Of a stretch of DNA of 64,000 nucleotides, positions 29,751 through 40,847 are shown in pieces (the first letter of the stretch is position 1; every line of letters starts with the position of its first letter). Origin of the DNA: an uncultured delta proteobacterium (GTDB taxonomy: Bacteria > Desulfobacterota > Desulfobacteria > Desulfobacterales > QNYZ01); the NCBI GenBank assembly GCA_963845145.1, contig CAWJQU010000015.1, positions 1-64,000 on the forward strand. The letters run 5' to 3'. The notes below the pieces were generated by a model. That model saw only the letters and a list, made by a program, of their open reading frames with translations. It was not told the DNA's origin and made no database searches. Both the position numbers and the translations under genes were made by a program.

Positions 29751-30809
29751 ATGACCGGAAAAAAACGTTCATCAATTTTTATCATCGGCATGGCGCTGGC
29801 CCTTTCCCTGATGTTAATGGCCGGATCAACGATTGCGGCTGAAAAGACTATTCGCTGGAAAGGCCAGTCATGCTTCGGGATCAATTCACCCCTGGGGAAA
29901 CACACGATCGTATTGTGGAAAGATTTTGTCGAAAAAATGAGTGGCGGACAGCTGGAGATTACATTGCATGATGCCGGTGAAATCGTGCCGGGTTCAAAAG
30001 TTTACGATGCGGTCAAAGACGGTTTGCTGGACTTTGGGATGAATACACCTGCCTACCAAAAGGGAAAATATCCGGCCGGTGACCTCTTCTACACCTTACC
30101 GGCTGGAATCCTGGAATTTAACGACCTGATCCTGTGGCTCTACGGGGGTGGGGGCAAGGAGTTGGAACAGGAGATGTACGGCAACGAACTGGTGGTTTTT
30201 CCCCTGGGTTTGACACCGCCGGAACAGATTTGGTCCAAAAAACCCATCAATAGTTTAGCGGACATCAAGGGCCTCAAGATTCGTGCCGCAGGCCTATCCA
30301 TGGATTTGTGGGAAAAACTGGGTGCCTCGGTGGTCCTTTTAACGGGCGGTGAAGTGTTACCCGCTTTGCAGCGCGGCATGATTGACGCCACCGAATTTTT
30401 GGAGCCTTCATTTGATTACACGATGGGCCTTCACGAGGTTTGCAAGTATCGTTTCGGTCCGCCGATCCATATGTCGAACAACATTTTTCAATTAATGATC
30501 AAAACCAAATCCTGGGAGGCTTTGCCACCAAATCTTAAAATGATTGTTGAAAAAGCAGCCATGGCAGCCACCTTTCAGGGGTATGCGGATTTTTGGCAAA
30601 GCTCCATCGAATTCAATCAAAAAATCGAACAATACGGCACCATAACCACCAAGTTGCCCAAAGCCGAACAGGAGAAAGCCCGCAAGCTCGGCATGGAGAT
30701 CATCAACGAAAAAGCCAAAAAGGATCCCTTCTTTAAAAAGGTATGGGAATCCCAAAAAGCCTTTATCGAAAAGTATAAACCTTACAGTGATTTAACCAAA
30801 TTCGATTAG
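29751..30809 (+). CDS. dctP: TRAP transporter substrate-binding protein
   Basis: Signal peptide, MSGGQLEI, KGLKIR, ALQRGMIDA. Confidence 0.93.
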   Translation: MTGKKRSSIFIIGMALALSLMLMAGSTIAAEKTIRWKGQSCFGINSPLGKHTIVLWKDFVEKMSGGQLEITLHDAGEIVPGSKVYDAVKDGLLDFGMNTPAYQKGKYPAGDLFYTLPAGILEFNDLILWLYGGGGKELEQEMYGNELVVFPLGLTPPEQIWSKKPINSLADIKGLKIRAAGLSMDLWEKLGASVVLLTGGEVLPALQRGMIDATEFLEPSFDYTMGLHEVCKYRFGPPIHMSNNIFQLMIKTKSWEALPPNLKMIVEKAAMAATFQGYADFWQSSIEFNQKIEQYGTITTKLPKAEQEKARKLGMEIINEKAKKDPFFKKVWESQKAFIEKYKPYSDLTKFD

Positions 30810-30873
30810 CAACTGCGAACATCGCTAAAGATCGCCTACTGCTCTACAATAACGCCGTAGGCGATCCTTCCCT

Positions 30874-31395
30874 ATGAGGTCACCGATGCGGATCGTAAGA
30901 ATCATTGATAAAATTAGTGAGTGGACCGGAGCCTTTGCCGCATGGCTCGTCATCCCCCTGATGGTGGTTGTCATCATCGATGTCTTTCAAAGGCATATTC
31001 TAAATAATCCGACCCATTGGGGATACGACGTCTTGTGGATGTTGTTCTCCGCCCAATTCCTGATCGGTGGCGCGTTTACCCTCTTACGAAAAGGCCACAT
31101 TAGAATTGATATTGTTTATGGCGTACTTTCAGAGCGAGCCAAACTGATTTATGACACGATCAACACGCTGGTGATTATTTTACCACCGGCGATTTTGCTT
31201 ACCTGGGCCGGAATTAAGTTTGCGGCAGAGGCCTGGATCAGTGGAGAGAAGCTATCAACGACCAATTGGTTCTTCCCGGCCGGCCCTAGTAAAAGCCTTA
31301 TCTCCATTGGCTTTTTCTTATTAGCCTTACAATGCGTCGCCGAGATTATCCGCAACATCTATACACTGCGGAAAGGGGCCGGTAGTGGGGCCTGA
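30874..31395 (+). CDS. dctQ: TRAP small permease
   Basis: 4 TM segments, GHIRIDI. Confidence 0.92.
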   Translation: MRSPMRIVRIIDKISEWTGAFAAWLVIPLMVVVIIDVFQRHILNNPTHWGYDVLWMLFSAQFLIGGAFTLLRKGHIRIDIVYGVLSERAKLIYDTINTLVIILPPAILLTWAGIKFAAEAWISGEKLSTTNWFFPAGPSKSLISIGFFLLALQCVAEIIRNIYTLRKGAGSGA

Positions 31396-32713
31396 CCAAT
31401 TAGCCGCCATAATCATGATGAGTCTGCTTCTGGTGATGGTGATCTGCGGGGTTCACCTGGCTTTTGCCCTCTTTTTTCTTGCGATCACGTTTGGATTCAT
31501 TTTCCAGGGGACAGCCATCTTTTCCATGTCGATGCTTAAAATATTTGGCACCATGGAAAGTGAAATTCTCATCGCCGTCCCCTTGTTTGTGTTCATGGGA
31601 ACCATCCTGGAAAAAAGCGAAGTAGCCGAAGGGGTGTACCAGAGCCTCTACGAACTGTTCGGACCGATTCGCGGAGGGTTGGCCTTTGCCACCGTTATCA
31701 CTTGTACTGTTTTTGCCTCCTGTACCGGTGTAATAGCAGCCACAGTCACAACCATGACTCTTTTAGCCGTCCCCTCCATGTTAAAACGCAAGTATGACAA
31801 AGGCTTGGCTACCGGGGTTGTATGTGCCGGGGGGTCGTTGGGAATACTCATTCCACCGAGTGTTATGCTGGTTATGTACGGCCCCATGGCGAATCTGTCC
31901 GTCGCGCAACTCTTTGCCGCCGCGCTTTTCCCCGGTATACTGCTTTCATTTTTATACTTGGCTTACATCGGTTTGGGTGCCTGGTTAAACCCCAATCTGG
32001 CGCCGGCTATTCAGGAAAAGGAGCGCAAGCTCAAAGGAGCCAAATTGTGGGGACGAGCGGCGTTAATGATGGTGCCGTCCATTTTTTTGATCGTTGCCGT
32101 GTTGGGGTCGATTATCGGCGGCATTGCTTCGCCCACGGAGGCCTCGGGTGTAGGCGCTTTGGCCGCACTTATCATTGCTGCTGCGTACCGCAAATTGTCC
32201 TACACCAATGTTAGGGCGGCGGCTTATACGACCCTGACGGTGACGGCCATGGTCTTTTTCATCATTATCGGGGCATCGATTTTCAATTCGGTGTTCCTCT
32301 ATCTGGGCGGCGGCGCCTTGATTAAAAGTTTACTGATGGGCCTCCCCCTGGGCAAATGGTTCGTGCTTTTTGTCATGATGTTTGTTCTTTTTATTTTAGG
32401 ATTTTTCATCTCCTGGCAGGGTTTGCTGTACGTGGTCGTTCCCATTTTTCTACCGGTTGCCATCAAGCTGGGGTTTAACCCCTTATGGTTTGGCCTTTTG
32501 ATCTGTCTCAACTTACAAATGTCTTTTTTAACACCACCTTTTGCATATGCCATCTTCTTTGTAAAAGGGGCCGCGCCACCGGAGGTTAAAACCTGGGATA
32601 TCTATCGCGGCGTCATCCCATTTGTTATTTTACAAGCAATTGCTGTTTTTCTTTGCATTGTTTTTCCCGATATCATTCTGTGGTTGCCCAGGGCCACTCT
32701 TGGTGCCGGGTGA
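31385..32713 (+). CDS. dctM: TRAP large permease
   Basis: AVPLFVFMG, GSLGILIPPS, SPTEA, LTPPF. Confidence 0.93.
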   Translation: MGPDQLAAIIMMSLLLVMVICGVHLAFALFFLAITFGFIFQGTAIFSMSMLKIFGTMESEILIAVPLFVFMGTILEKSEVAEGVYQSLYELFGPIRGGLAFATVITCTVFASCTGVIAATVTTMTLLAVPSMLKRKYDKGLATGVVCAGGSLGILIPPSVMLVMYGPMANLSVAQLFAAALFPGILLSFLYLAYIGLGAWLNPNLAPAIQEKERKLKGAKLWGRAALMMVPSIFLIVAVLGSIIGGIASPTEASGVGALAALIIAAAYRKLSYTNVRAAAYTTLTVTAMVFFIIIGASIFNSVFLYLGGGALIKSLLMGLPLGKWFVLFVMMFVLFILGFFISWQGLLYVVVPIFLPVAIKLGFNPLWFGLLICLNLQMSFLTPPFAYAIFFVKGAAPPEVKTWDIYRGVIPFVILQAIAVFLCIVFPDIILWLPRATLGAG

Positions 32714-32732
32714 AGACCAAGACGCATTAATT

Positions 32733-33443
32733 ATGGCCAAAATATCACTCACCGACAAAGCCTACATTCAAATAAAAGAATGGATCATTGGCTTTCGATT
32801 GAAACCGGGGAATCATCTATCCATAGGGCAACTGGCTGAAGCCCTTGGTATCAGCCGGACACCCATACGCGAGGCCTTAAGCCGGTTAGAGCAGGAGTAT
32901 CTTGTCGTCCGGTCGCCGATGAAAGGCTTTACCGTAAAAGCCACAGATTTTAAAGAAATTGCGGATTTGTTCGAGGTTCGAACGGCCATTGAGCTGCTTG
33001 CCGTAAAACAGGCAGCCAAACGGATCAACCCGGAAACGCGCAAGCAGCTGGCAAAGAGTTTAAAAGCAACCGATCAATGGCTTAAACAGGGGGAGAAATC
33101 CCACTCTCTTAAACTCGAACAAAATTTTCATATGAAAATTCTTGATGCGAGTGGCAATATACCCTTAGCTGAAGTGGGACGCGGAATTTTAGAGCGCATC
33201 TGGTCCATCCAAAGATTCAATATCATCACCTCCGATATGCTGGCCCAAGCCCACAAAGAGCACACAGAAATTTTTCAATCTTTATCAGCGAGTGATACCA
33301 AGCAGGCAGAGAGACGGATGCGCCGACACATGAAACACACCACCAAAGGGCTCATGTCCCGCCTGGAAAACCAACATGATATCATTCAAAACGCAATCGC
33401 CTTCGATCCCAATAAATGGCTTAAATCCAAACTATTGATGTAA
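32733..33443 (+). CDS. GntR/FadR family regulator
   Basis: LAEALGISRTPIREAL HTH plus FCD domain; start moved to ATG 32733. Confidence 0.92.
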   Translation: MAKISLTDKAYIQIKEWIIGFRLKPGNHLSIGQLAEALGISRTPIREALSRLEQEYLVVRSPMKGFTVKATDFKEIADLFEVRTAIELLAVKQAAKRINPETRKQLAKSLKATDQWLKQGEKSHSLKLEQNFHMKILDASGNIPLAEVGRGILERIWSIQRFNIITSDMLAQAHKEHTEIFQSLSASDTKQAERRMRRHMKHTTKGLMSRLENQHDIIQNAIAFDPNKWLKSKLLM

Positions 33444-33490
33444 TCTAAAAAGTAGATTTAATGTGCAAACCATTTAGGAGTTCAGACAAG

Positions 33491-34255
33491 ATGAGCCGCA
33501 CGGACATATTGGAGGGTCGCTTTGGGATCGTTACGGGTGCCGCCAGTGGCATTGGTTACGCAACAGCAATCCAATTGGCAAAGGGGGGCGCCCAAATCGC
33601 AGCGGTGGATATTGACAACAATGGGCTTGACATATTGGCGGCCGCTTTTGATCAAGAAAACTTACCCCGCCCTTTAATTTTCCCATCTGATGCAACAAAG
33701 GAACAGACGGCAAAAAGGGTTATTGATGAAGCCTTCACCACTTTTGGCACGATTGATTTTCTTGTAAACAGTACCGGAATCCTTAGGAGAACGCCATTTT
33801 TAGATATCACGTTGGATGAATGGGATATGATGATTAACGTCAATCTGCGTGGCCCGCTTCTTTTTTGCAAACGTGTGGCGCGCATAATGGCGGATCAAAA
33901 AAAAGGTGTGATTGTCAATGTCGCCTCCCTGGCCGGAAGGTCCTCAAGTATACTGGGTGGCGCCCACTACACCGCTGCCAAACATGCGTTAATCGGTCTA
34001 TCACGTCATATGGCGAGGGAGTTGTCGCCTTTAGGCATAAGAATTAACGCGTTTTGCCCCGGTGCCACCCTAACGCCCATGACCACGGAAGCGACCACGG
34101 ATGAAGAGGTTCAGACCATAGCAAACGCCATCCCTAGAAGAAAATGGGCCAGTGCCGAAGAGCAGGCGGCCGTCATTGCATTTTTAGTCTCCGACGCCGC
34201 CATCAATATTACCGGTGCATGCATCGACAGCAATGGGGGTGCATTGATGGTGTGA
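33491..34255 (+). CDS. SDR family oxidoreductase
   Basis: TGAASGIG, YTAAK, NAFCPG. Confidence 0.92.
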   Translation: MSRTDILEGRFGIVTGAASGIGYATAIQLAKGGAQIAAVDIDNNGLDILAAAFDQENLPRPLIFPSDATKEQTAKRVIDEAFTTFGTIDFLVNSTGILRRTPFLDITLDEWDMMINVNLRGPLLFCKRVARIMADQKKGVIVNVASLAGRSSSILGGAHYTAAKHALIGLSRHMARELSPLGIRINAFCPGATLTPMTTEATTDEEVQTIANAIPRRKWASAEEQAAVIAFLVSDAAINITGACIDSNGGALMV

Positions 34256-34347
34256 CCGAAAAATGGGATTAGCTTTTGGGGATTTAAATACATCGCAATA
34301 TATACGCATACAACTTACGTCTTTGAGTGGTTCGGTTGGAGAAAAAT

Positions 34348-35316
34348 ATGATAGACGATAAAAATGTATTACTCGATATCTACAAAAAAATGGTCACGAT
34401 TCGCCAGTTTGAAACAATGGCGGGTGAATTCTTTGCCGCCGGCAAAATCCCGGGATTTATTCATCTGTCCATCGGGCAGGAAGCCAGCAGTGTCGGGGTC
34501 TGTTCTTGCCTGAGGGTAGATGATTATGTCATCACTACCCACCGTGGGCATGGGCACATGATCGCCAAGGGGGCCGACCTAAAACGCATGACCGCCGAGC
34601 TTTTCGGCAAAAAAACCGGCTATTGCAAAGGCAAAGGCGGCTCCATGCATGTCGCCGACTTTTCGATCGGCTTTCTAGGCGCAAACGGCGTTGTGGCCGG
34701 AGGGCTTCCCATCATTACCGGTGCGGGTTTATCCATCAAAATGCGAAAGACCGATCAGGTGGGCGTCTGCTTTTTTGGTGATGGTGCTACCAATCGTGGC
34801 CCTGTACATGAGGCCATGAATATGGCTGCCATCTGGAAGTTACCCATCATCTTCGTTGTTGAAAACAACCAATGGTCTTCAACGACGCCCTTAAACTACT
34901 CATGCTCCGTGACGGACCTATACAAGCGGGCCGATGCGTACAATATGCCCGGTATTATGGTCGACGGCAATGATGTCCTAGCCGTGCGTGACGTCACGGC
35001 CGAAGCCGTAAACCGTGCCAGGATGGGTGAGGGACCGACATTTATAGAAAACAAAACCTACCGCATCAAGGGTCATTTTGAAGGGGATCCACAAAAATAT
35101 CGAACGGATGAAGAGGTCCGTCAATGGCAAAATGAAAAAGACCCGATCCACCGTTTTTCCCAGGTTTTGATTAAAAAGAACGTCCTTACCCAAGAACTGA
35201 CAGATCAAATTTTATCCGAGGTTCAGGGCATGTTAGAAGAGGCCGCCACGTTCGCGGAAGAAAGCCCTTTCCCCGAACCGGAGGATGCATTGACCGATTT
35301 ATATATAGAGTCTTAA
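34348..35316 (+). CDS. TPP-dependent dehydrogenase E1 alpha (AcoA/PdhA-like)
   Basis: HLSIGQEA, THRGHGH, GKGGSMH, GDGA...ENN, YRIKGH. Confidence 0.93.
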   Translation: MIDDKNVLLDIYKKMVTIRQFETMAGEFFAAGKIPGFIHLSIGQEASSVGVCSCLRVDDYVITTHRGHGHMIAKGADLKRMTAELFGKKTGYCKGKGGSMHVADFSIGFLGANGVVAGGLPIITGAGLSIKMRKTDQVGVCFFGDGATNRGPVHEAMNMAAIWKLPIIFVVENNQWSSTTPLNYSCSVTDLYKRADAYNMPGIMVDGNDVLAVRDVTAEAVNRARMGEGPTFIENKTYRIKGHFEGDPQKYRTDEEVRQWQNEKDPIHRFSQVLIKKNVLTQELTDQILSEVQGMLEEAATFAEESPFPEPEDALTDLYIES

Positions 35317-35321
35317 GAGGG

Positions 35322-36308
35322 ATGGCTATGTCTGATAGGATACTTACCGCCTCTGCCGCTTTGGCGGAAGCATTACATGAAGAGATGCAGCGTGACGAGA
35401 CCATTTTTATCCTCGGTGAAGACCTGGTCTCCCACGCGGGTATTTTTGGCCAATTCGAGGGGATTCCTGAAAAATTCCCCGGACGAATTATCGATACCCC
35501 TATATCCGAAGCCTGCATTGCCGGCTGCGGCGTGGGCGCGGCCCTCACCGGGATGCGGCCCATTGTCGATTTTCATTTTTCCGACTTTGTCACCTGCGGC
35601 ATGGATGAGTTGGTCAACCAGGCGGCCAAGATCCGTTATATGTTCGGCGGTCAGGCCAAGATACCTATGGTGGTATGGTGTCCGGATGGTGCCGGCATTC
35701 GGGCCGCGGCGCAACACTCGCAATCTCTGGAGGCCTGGTTTGTACATACCCCTGGGCTTAAAGTCGTCGTACCCAGTGAACCCGGGGATGTAAAAGGGTT
35801 GATCAAGGCCGCCATTCGAGACGACAACCCCGTCATGTTTTTTCAGCATAAAAAGCTGTTTGCCAAGGAGGGCCACGTTCCCAAAGATGATCATATCATT
35901 CCCTTGGGCCGTGCCGCTGTTAAAAAAGAGGGCAAAGATGTCACGCTTCTCTGCTACGGCGCAGGCTTCTACCTTTGTAAGGAAGCAGCAGAGATTCTTA
36001 ATAAAGATCAGATCGAAGCGGAGATCATCGATCTTCGGACGCTAAAACCGCTGGATATGGAAACCATTGCGGCTTCCATCACCAAAACCCATCGGGCCGT
36101 CATCGTTCACGAAGCTTGTGTGACGGGCGGGTTTGGGGCAGAGCTTGCGGCCCAAATACAAGATAGGCTTTTCCATGAGCTCAAAGCTCCGATCAAGCGA
36201 GTGGGGGCCCGAGATGTGCCCATCCCTTTTTCGCCACCCCTGGAGGATTTTGTTCTGCCCAATATTGACGATGTGGTAACGGCGGCACATAGGGTAATGG
36301 GCCGGTAA
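35322..36308 (+). CDS. TPP-dependent dehydrogenase E1 beta (AcoB/PdhB-like)
   Basis: DTPISE, NQAAK, AAQHSQ, IDLRTLKPLD. Confidence 0.93.
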   Translation: MAMSDRILTASAALAEALHEEMQRDETIFILGEDLVSHAGIFGQFEGIPEKFPGRIIDTPISEACIAGCGVGAALTGMRPIVDFHFSDFVTCGMDELVNQAAKIRYMFGGQAKIPMVVWCPDGAGIRAAAQHSQSLEAWFVHTPGLKVVVPSEPGDVKGLIKAAIRDDNPVMFFQHKKLFAKEGHVPKDDHIIPLGRAAVKKEGKDVTLLCYGAGFYLCKEAAEILNKDQIEAEIIDLRTLKPLDMETIAASITKTHRAVIVHEACVTGGFGAELAAQIQDRLFHELKAPIKRVGARDVPIPFSPPLEDFVLPNIDDVVTAAHRVMGR

Positions 36309-36435
36309 AAGACCATCAAGTTAAACGAATTCAACATACGGTGAGATCTTGAAAATAGACGCTTACCGCAAGAGCCTTAAGATAGCGCGAGTAAAACGGT
36401 TCTAGACTCATTTTTATGTATCGTTAGGGTGAGGT

Positions 36436-38741
36436 TCACTTCAACCCACTTTTCATCAACGCTTCTGCCAAAGCCCCCTGCAAGACCGGCTTTTGATTTT
36501 CCGCTGCGTTTTGATGCCGTTTTTTGTTTTGCGGACGACTCTTTTTAGATGTATCTTTGCGATTCTCTTTTTCCCCTGGCTCGCCGGATTTTTTTATGGG
36601 CCCGTCTTTTTTCAAAGACAGGGCGATCCGGTTCCGTTTTTTATCAATATCCAGTACGGTGACGGAAACCTTTTGCTGAACTTTCACGACATCGGCCGGA
36701 TTTTTCACGAACCGGTCCGCCATCTGGCTGACATGAACGAGACCATCCTGGTGGACACCGATATCCACAAATGCCCCAAAAGCGGTGATATTGGTTACAA
36801 TGCCGGGAAGTTTCATCCCCTTGCGCAAATCATCGATTTTTTCAATACCGTCTGCAAATGAAAACGCCTCAAATGTCTTTCGTGGATCTCGTCCGGGTTT
36901 GGCCAGCTCTTCCAGGATATCGTTTAATGTTGGAATACCGACGGTTTCCGTGACGTACCGGGACAGATCGATCTGTTTGCACAGGTCCGGTTTGTTCATT
37001 AAGTCTGTAACCGTCGCGTTCAGGTCTTTGGCCATGGCGTCGACGACCCCATAGCTTTCCGGATGCACTGCGCTGGCGTCGAGGGGGTTATCACCGCCGG
37101 TTATTCGCAAAAACCCGGCCGACTGTTCAAACGCTTTCGGCCCTAAGCGCGTTACCTTAAGAAGCGCCTTTCTTGCTTTAAAGGGGCCGTTGGCATCCCG
37201 ATGATTGACGATGTTTCGGGCAATCCCCGCATTAAGCCCGGAAACATAGGCCAGAAGCTGCGCACTGGCCCGGTTCAGGTCCACCCCGACACTATTGACA
37301 CAACTCATCACAACATCGTCTAGGGCCTGCCTGAGGGCCGCCTGATCGACATCATGCTGGTATTGGCCGACACCAATGGATTTAGGATCGATCTTTACCA
37401 GTTCCGCCAATGGGTCCATCAAGCGTCGCCCAATAGAGACCGACCCACGAACGGTCAAGTCGTGGTCCGGAAACTCTTCCCGGGCCACCTTTGACGCCGA
37501 ATAGACGGAAGCACCGCTCTCATTGACCATGACCACCTGGGGTTTTTCCGAAATTTCGATCGATTTGATAAATGCCTCGGTTTCGCGCCCTGCGGTACCG
37601 TTTCCGACGGCGATGGCCTCTATTTGAAACTTTTGGCACAGGGACTGCACTTTTACTGCATCTTCAGCCGCTTTTTTTTCTGACATATGAGGAAAAATGG
37701 TGTCGTTATGCAGGAGCATCCCCTGGCGGTCCAGGCAAACGACCTTGCACCCCGTTCTAAATCCAGGATCGATTCCCATAACGCGTTTGGCCCCTAAGGG
37801 GGGGGACAGTAAAAGTTGCCGAAGGTTATCGACAAATACCCGTATGGCTTCGGCATCGGCCTTCTCTTTCGTGTGAAGGCGGGTCTCCGTCTCCATGGTG
37901 GAGGATAAAAGCCGTTTGTATCCATCGCTGATGGCCAATGCCACCTGGTGAGAATCTTCGCCCTCCCCCTTTATGAACAAGCCTTCCATGATGGCCAGCG
38001 CATCTTCTTTCTCCGGCAACATGTCAAGAAACAGAATCTCTTCCTTTTCACCGCGCCGCATGGCCAGCAACCGATGCGACGGGACTTTGGCAACAGGCTC
38101 CTCCCATTCAAAATAATCCTTGAACTTGGCCCCCTGTTCTTCCTTGCCGGTCGTCACCCGGCTTTTTATGGTCGCCTTAGTAAAAAACAGGTCGCGCATA
38201 CGGGCACGGACTTTTTCGTTCTCACAGACCTGCTCGGCGATAATGTCCCTGGCCCCGGCTAAGGCGTCTTCCGGGGTAGCAACCTGTTCTCTTGATCGAC
38301 GTATTTTCGTGCCTCTTGATTCGGATCAATGCCGGTTTGTTCCAAAATAAGAAGCGCCAGGGGCTCTAACCCCTTCTCCTTAGCAATAACCGCCTTGGTT
38401 CGCCGTTTCGGTTTAAAGGGCAGATAGATATCTTCAAGCACCGCCAATGTCTCCGCTTCGAGAACCTTTTGGCGAAGCGCATCTGTGAGATGCCCATGTT
38501 TTTCTAACGATTTTAAGACCGTTTCCCGCCGCTTACGAAGATCGTCCAGTTAATTGAGCCTGTCACGGATGGCCGTAACAGCCACCTCATCCAAATTTCC
38601 CGTGGCTTCTTTACGATACCTTGAGATAAAAGGAATGGTCGCACCATCTGCAAGCAAAGATTCAACAGCGGCTACCTGTTGGGTGTTAATATTGAGTTCT
38701 TGTGAAATAATGCTGGAAAATGTATTTGGTTCCATAATCAC
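36436..38741 (-). pseudogene. tex: Tex (S1 RNA-binding transcription accessory protein) split by a nonsense codon and a frameshift
   Basis: GATIPFISRYRKE, LEDIYLPFKPKRRT, GIDPGFRTGCK and S1 domain fall in three ORFs; in-frame TAA at 38550-38552; frameshift near 38287. Confidence 0.88.
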
Positions 38742-39124
38742 CTGTGTTTTTTTTAATTCAAGGTTGCTCTATTATTTAATCGCCAAATATCGCCTAAATA
38801 ACAATCTGATACTCGAACACCTGAAAAGTCGAGTTCAAGCTGGATTACTGAAAGAGAATCATTTTGTAAAGAAGAAAGGGCTATTTCAGCAAATTTGATA
38901 TCTGCGCACTAGGACAGAGTAGGAAAAATAACCTCTTTTGTATTATAAGCGGGTTACCCTGATCTTTTGATAAGTATAATAATAGTTGGTTATTAAAGAA
39001 AAAGAGTGTATCTATCTTTTATATAACAAAAAAATCAATATTGTTTTAACTTGACAAAGACTAGCTTATTATGCATTTACATTCAATTAAATTAAAATCA
39101 ACTTAGAGATGATGGGAGTCGGAC

Positions 39125-39655
39125 ATGGCGAAAAAGACCAATAAAACAAACCATGCACGCCGTAAACTTCTCAAGCAGATGGCAATCGGCAGCGGCGCTA
39201 TCACGGGATTTTATCTGTTACCCAAAAAATGGACAACCCCCATCATCGATTCAATCATCATTCCAGCACACGCCCAAACCAGTAACCCTGAGGTCACGTT
39301 CGACATCAATTGTACAGCTGGCGTTCCATCTGAGGGGGCACAATGCAGTACAATTGCGCAGTCTTTTATTTTGGACGGCTCAGTTTCAGCCAGTGACGGC
39401 AGAGACATGACTGGCGTGCCACTAAATGTTGCCTATAGAGGGGCCATTCAAGCAGGTGGTTTTGGTGTCGATACTTTTACAATTTCAACCGACCCGGGAA
39501 ACACTTTTTCCTTGACCGGTGTTGCTGAACCTCCTGCAGGGCAATTATGGGCGACTCCCAACAATAGCATAACGGTTGTTTTTACGGATCAAGCCGCTTT
39601 TGGAACTGCAACCTGCTCCCAGACAGGATCTTGTATATCAGGTGTGGAGAATTGA
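39125..39655 (+). CDS. exported protein with twin-arginine-like leader
   Basis: RRKLLK...LPKKWTTPIIDSIIIPAHAQTS followed by a beta-rich domain with four Cys. Confidence 0.75.
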   Translation: MAKKTNKTNHARRKLLKQMAIGSGAITGFYLLPKKWTTPIIDSIIIPAHAQTSNPEVTFDINCTAGVPSEGAQCSTIAQSFILDGSVSASDGRDMTGVPLNVAYRGAIQAGGFGVDTFTISTDPGNTFSLTGVAEPPAGQLWATPNNSITVVFTDQAAFGTATCSQTGSCISGVEN

Positions 39656-39940
39656 TTAGACAGCTTGATCGATTGCCGCCCTACTATGCCTTTGTTTAAA
39701 AACCCATAATGTTTCTCATCATACGAGTAGATTTTGACTAAGACCATATCCAATCTTGACGTTCGACGATGAGAGATTAACGAAAAACCCTTCAGCGTGT
39801 TTGATTCTCATACCCATCAAAAGAATATTCATTTACGGATTGGCCCCCGCCATAAAATACCATTACTCCGCTTTATTGTTAGTAAAACATCTATTGTGAA
39901 AAAAAGGTGTTACTGAAAGGCAAACCCCACATCAAAAAGA

Positions 39941-40057
39941 TGTACTATTTTTCACAACTTGAAACACTTGAATCAGCACTTCACCTTGGATTGCCCTATA
40001 ACTCGCTTAAATAAATGGCGATATTGAATAATTGTTATAATTGGCATATTTTTTGCT
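39941..40057 (+). promoter_or_regulatory. sigma54 promoter plus upstream TGT-N10-ACA enhancer candidate
   Basis: TTGGCATATTTTTTGCT at 40041-40057 (GG-N10-GC); TGTACTATTTTTCACA at 39941-39956. Confidence 0.75.
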
Positions 40058-40121
40058 GATTTAGTGCACTGACTTTCAATTGTTCCAGAGTCTATATATT
40101 TAGAGGTAAGAAGAGGGCGTT

Positions 40122-40685
40122 ATGAAAAACATGAAAATCATTTTAATGAGCTTTATATTGTTATTGGTTACTGCAGGTGCCGCCAGCGCACTATATATTG
40201 AAACAATCGATCTATGTCCTGATGATGGGGGTTGCTTGGTCGGCTTCGGTGCGTACGACATAGGTACCGATCTATTTATTGACCACACCTACGATTTTTC
40301 TGAACCAAATCCGATTGAATTTGTAACATTGTCTATAGTTGCTGATGATGTTGATTATGGAGAGGAAGACGAAGTATTTGTCAATGGGAATTCGGTGGGA
40401 TTCCTATCGATGTTAAACAGCTATTCGCACTTTGATTATCAGCCGGGCCCCGGCAATAATAAACAAGGCTTAACAACGTCTGTTTTTGATCTGGATCCCG
40501 CTATTCTAGATTGGACCATCCCGATTCGAATTCACATTAACACTAATTGGGAGCTTGAAATTGAAAGCTCAACCCTAACTGTTCAGGGGGCTGCACCTGT
40601 GCCCGAACCGGCAACGATAATGCTCCTGGGAACTGGTTTGGTCGGACTGATCGGGATGCGAAAGAGAAAAATTAAAGCAGATTGA
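40122..40685 (+). CDS. PEP-CTERM sorting domain protein
   Basis: Signal peptide; C-terminal VPEPATIMLLGTGLVGLIGMRKRK. Confidence 0.93.
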   Translation: MKNMKIILMSFILLLVTAGAASALYIETIDLCPDDGGCLVGFGAYDIGTDLFIDHTYDFSEPNPIEFVTLSIVADDVDYGEEDEVFVNGNSVGFLSMLNSYSHFDYQPGPGNNKQGLTTSVFDLDPAILDWTIPIRIHINTNWELEIESSTLTVQGAAPVPEPATIMLLGTGLVGLIGMRKRKIKAD

Positions 40686-40847
40686 TAATCTTCCTTGATT
40701 TTCCTTATACACAATTTCAACTGTCGATAACGAAATTATAATAGAAGGAGCCATAAGACGCTTTATATTTTCATTTCAAATGTGTGTCTTAAACAGCCAT
40801 TCACAAAATGCTATGTCCAATCCATTCTGGGAGCAAAGACGTTACGA

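Noticed and set aside
30830..30866. Hairpin between dctP and dctQ as a novel RNA
   Set aside because: GATCGCCTAC...GTAGGCGATC fits the ordinary stabilising hairpin after a binding-protein gene.
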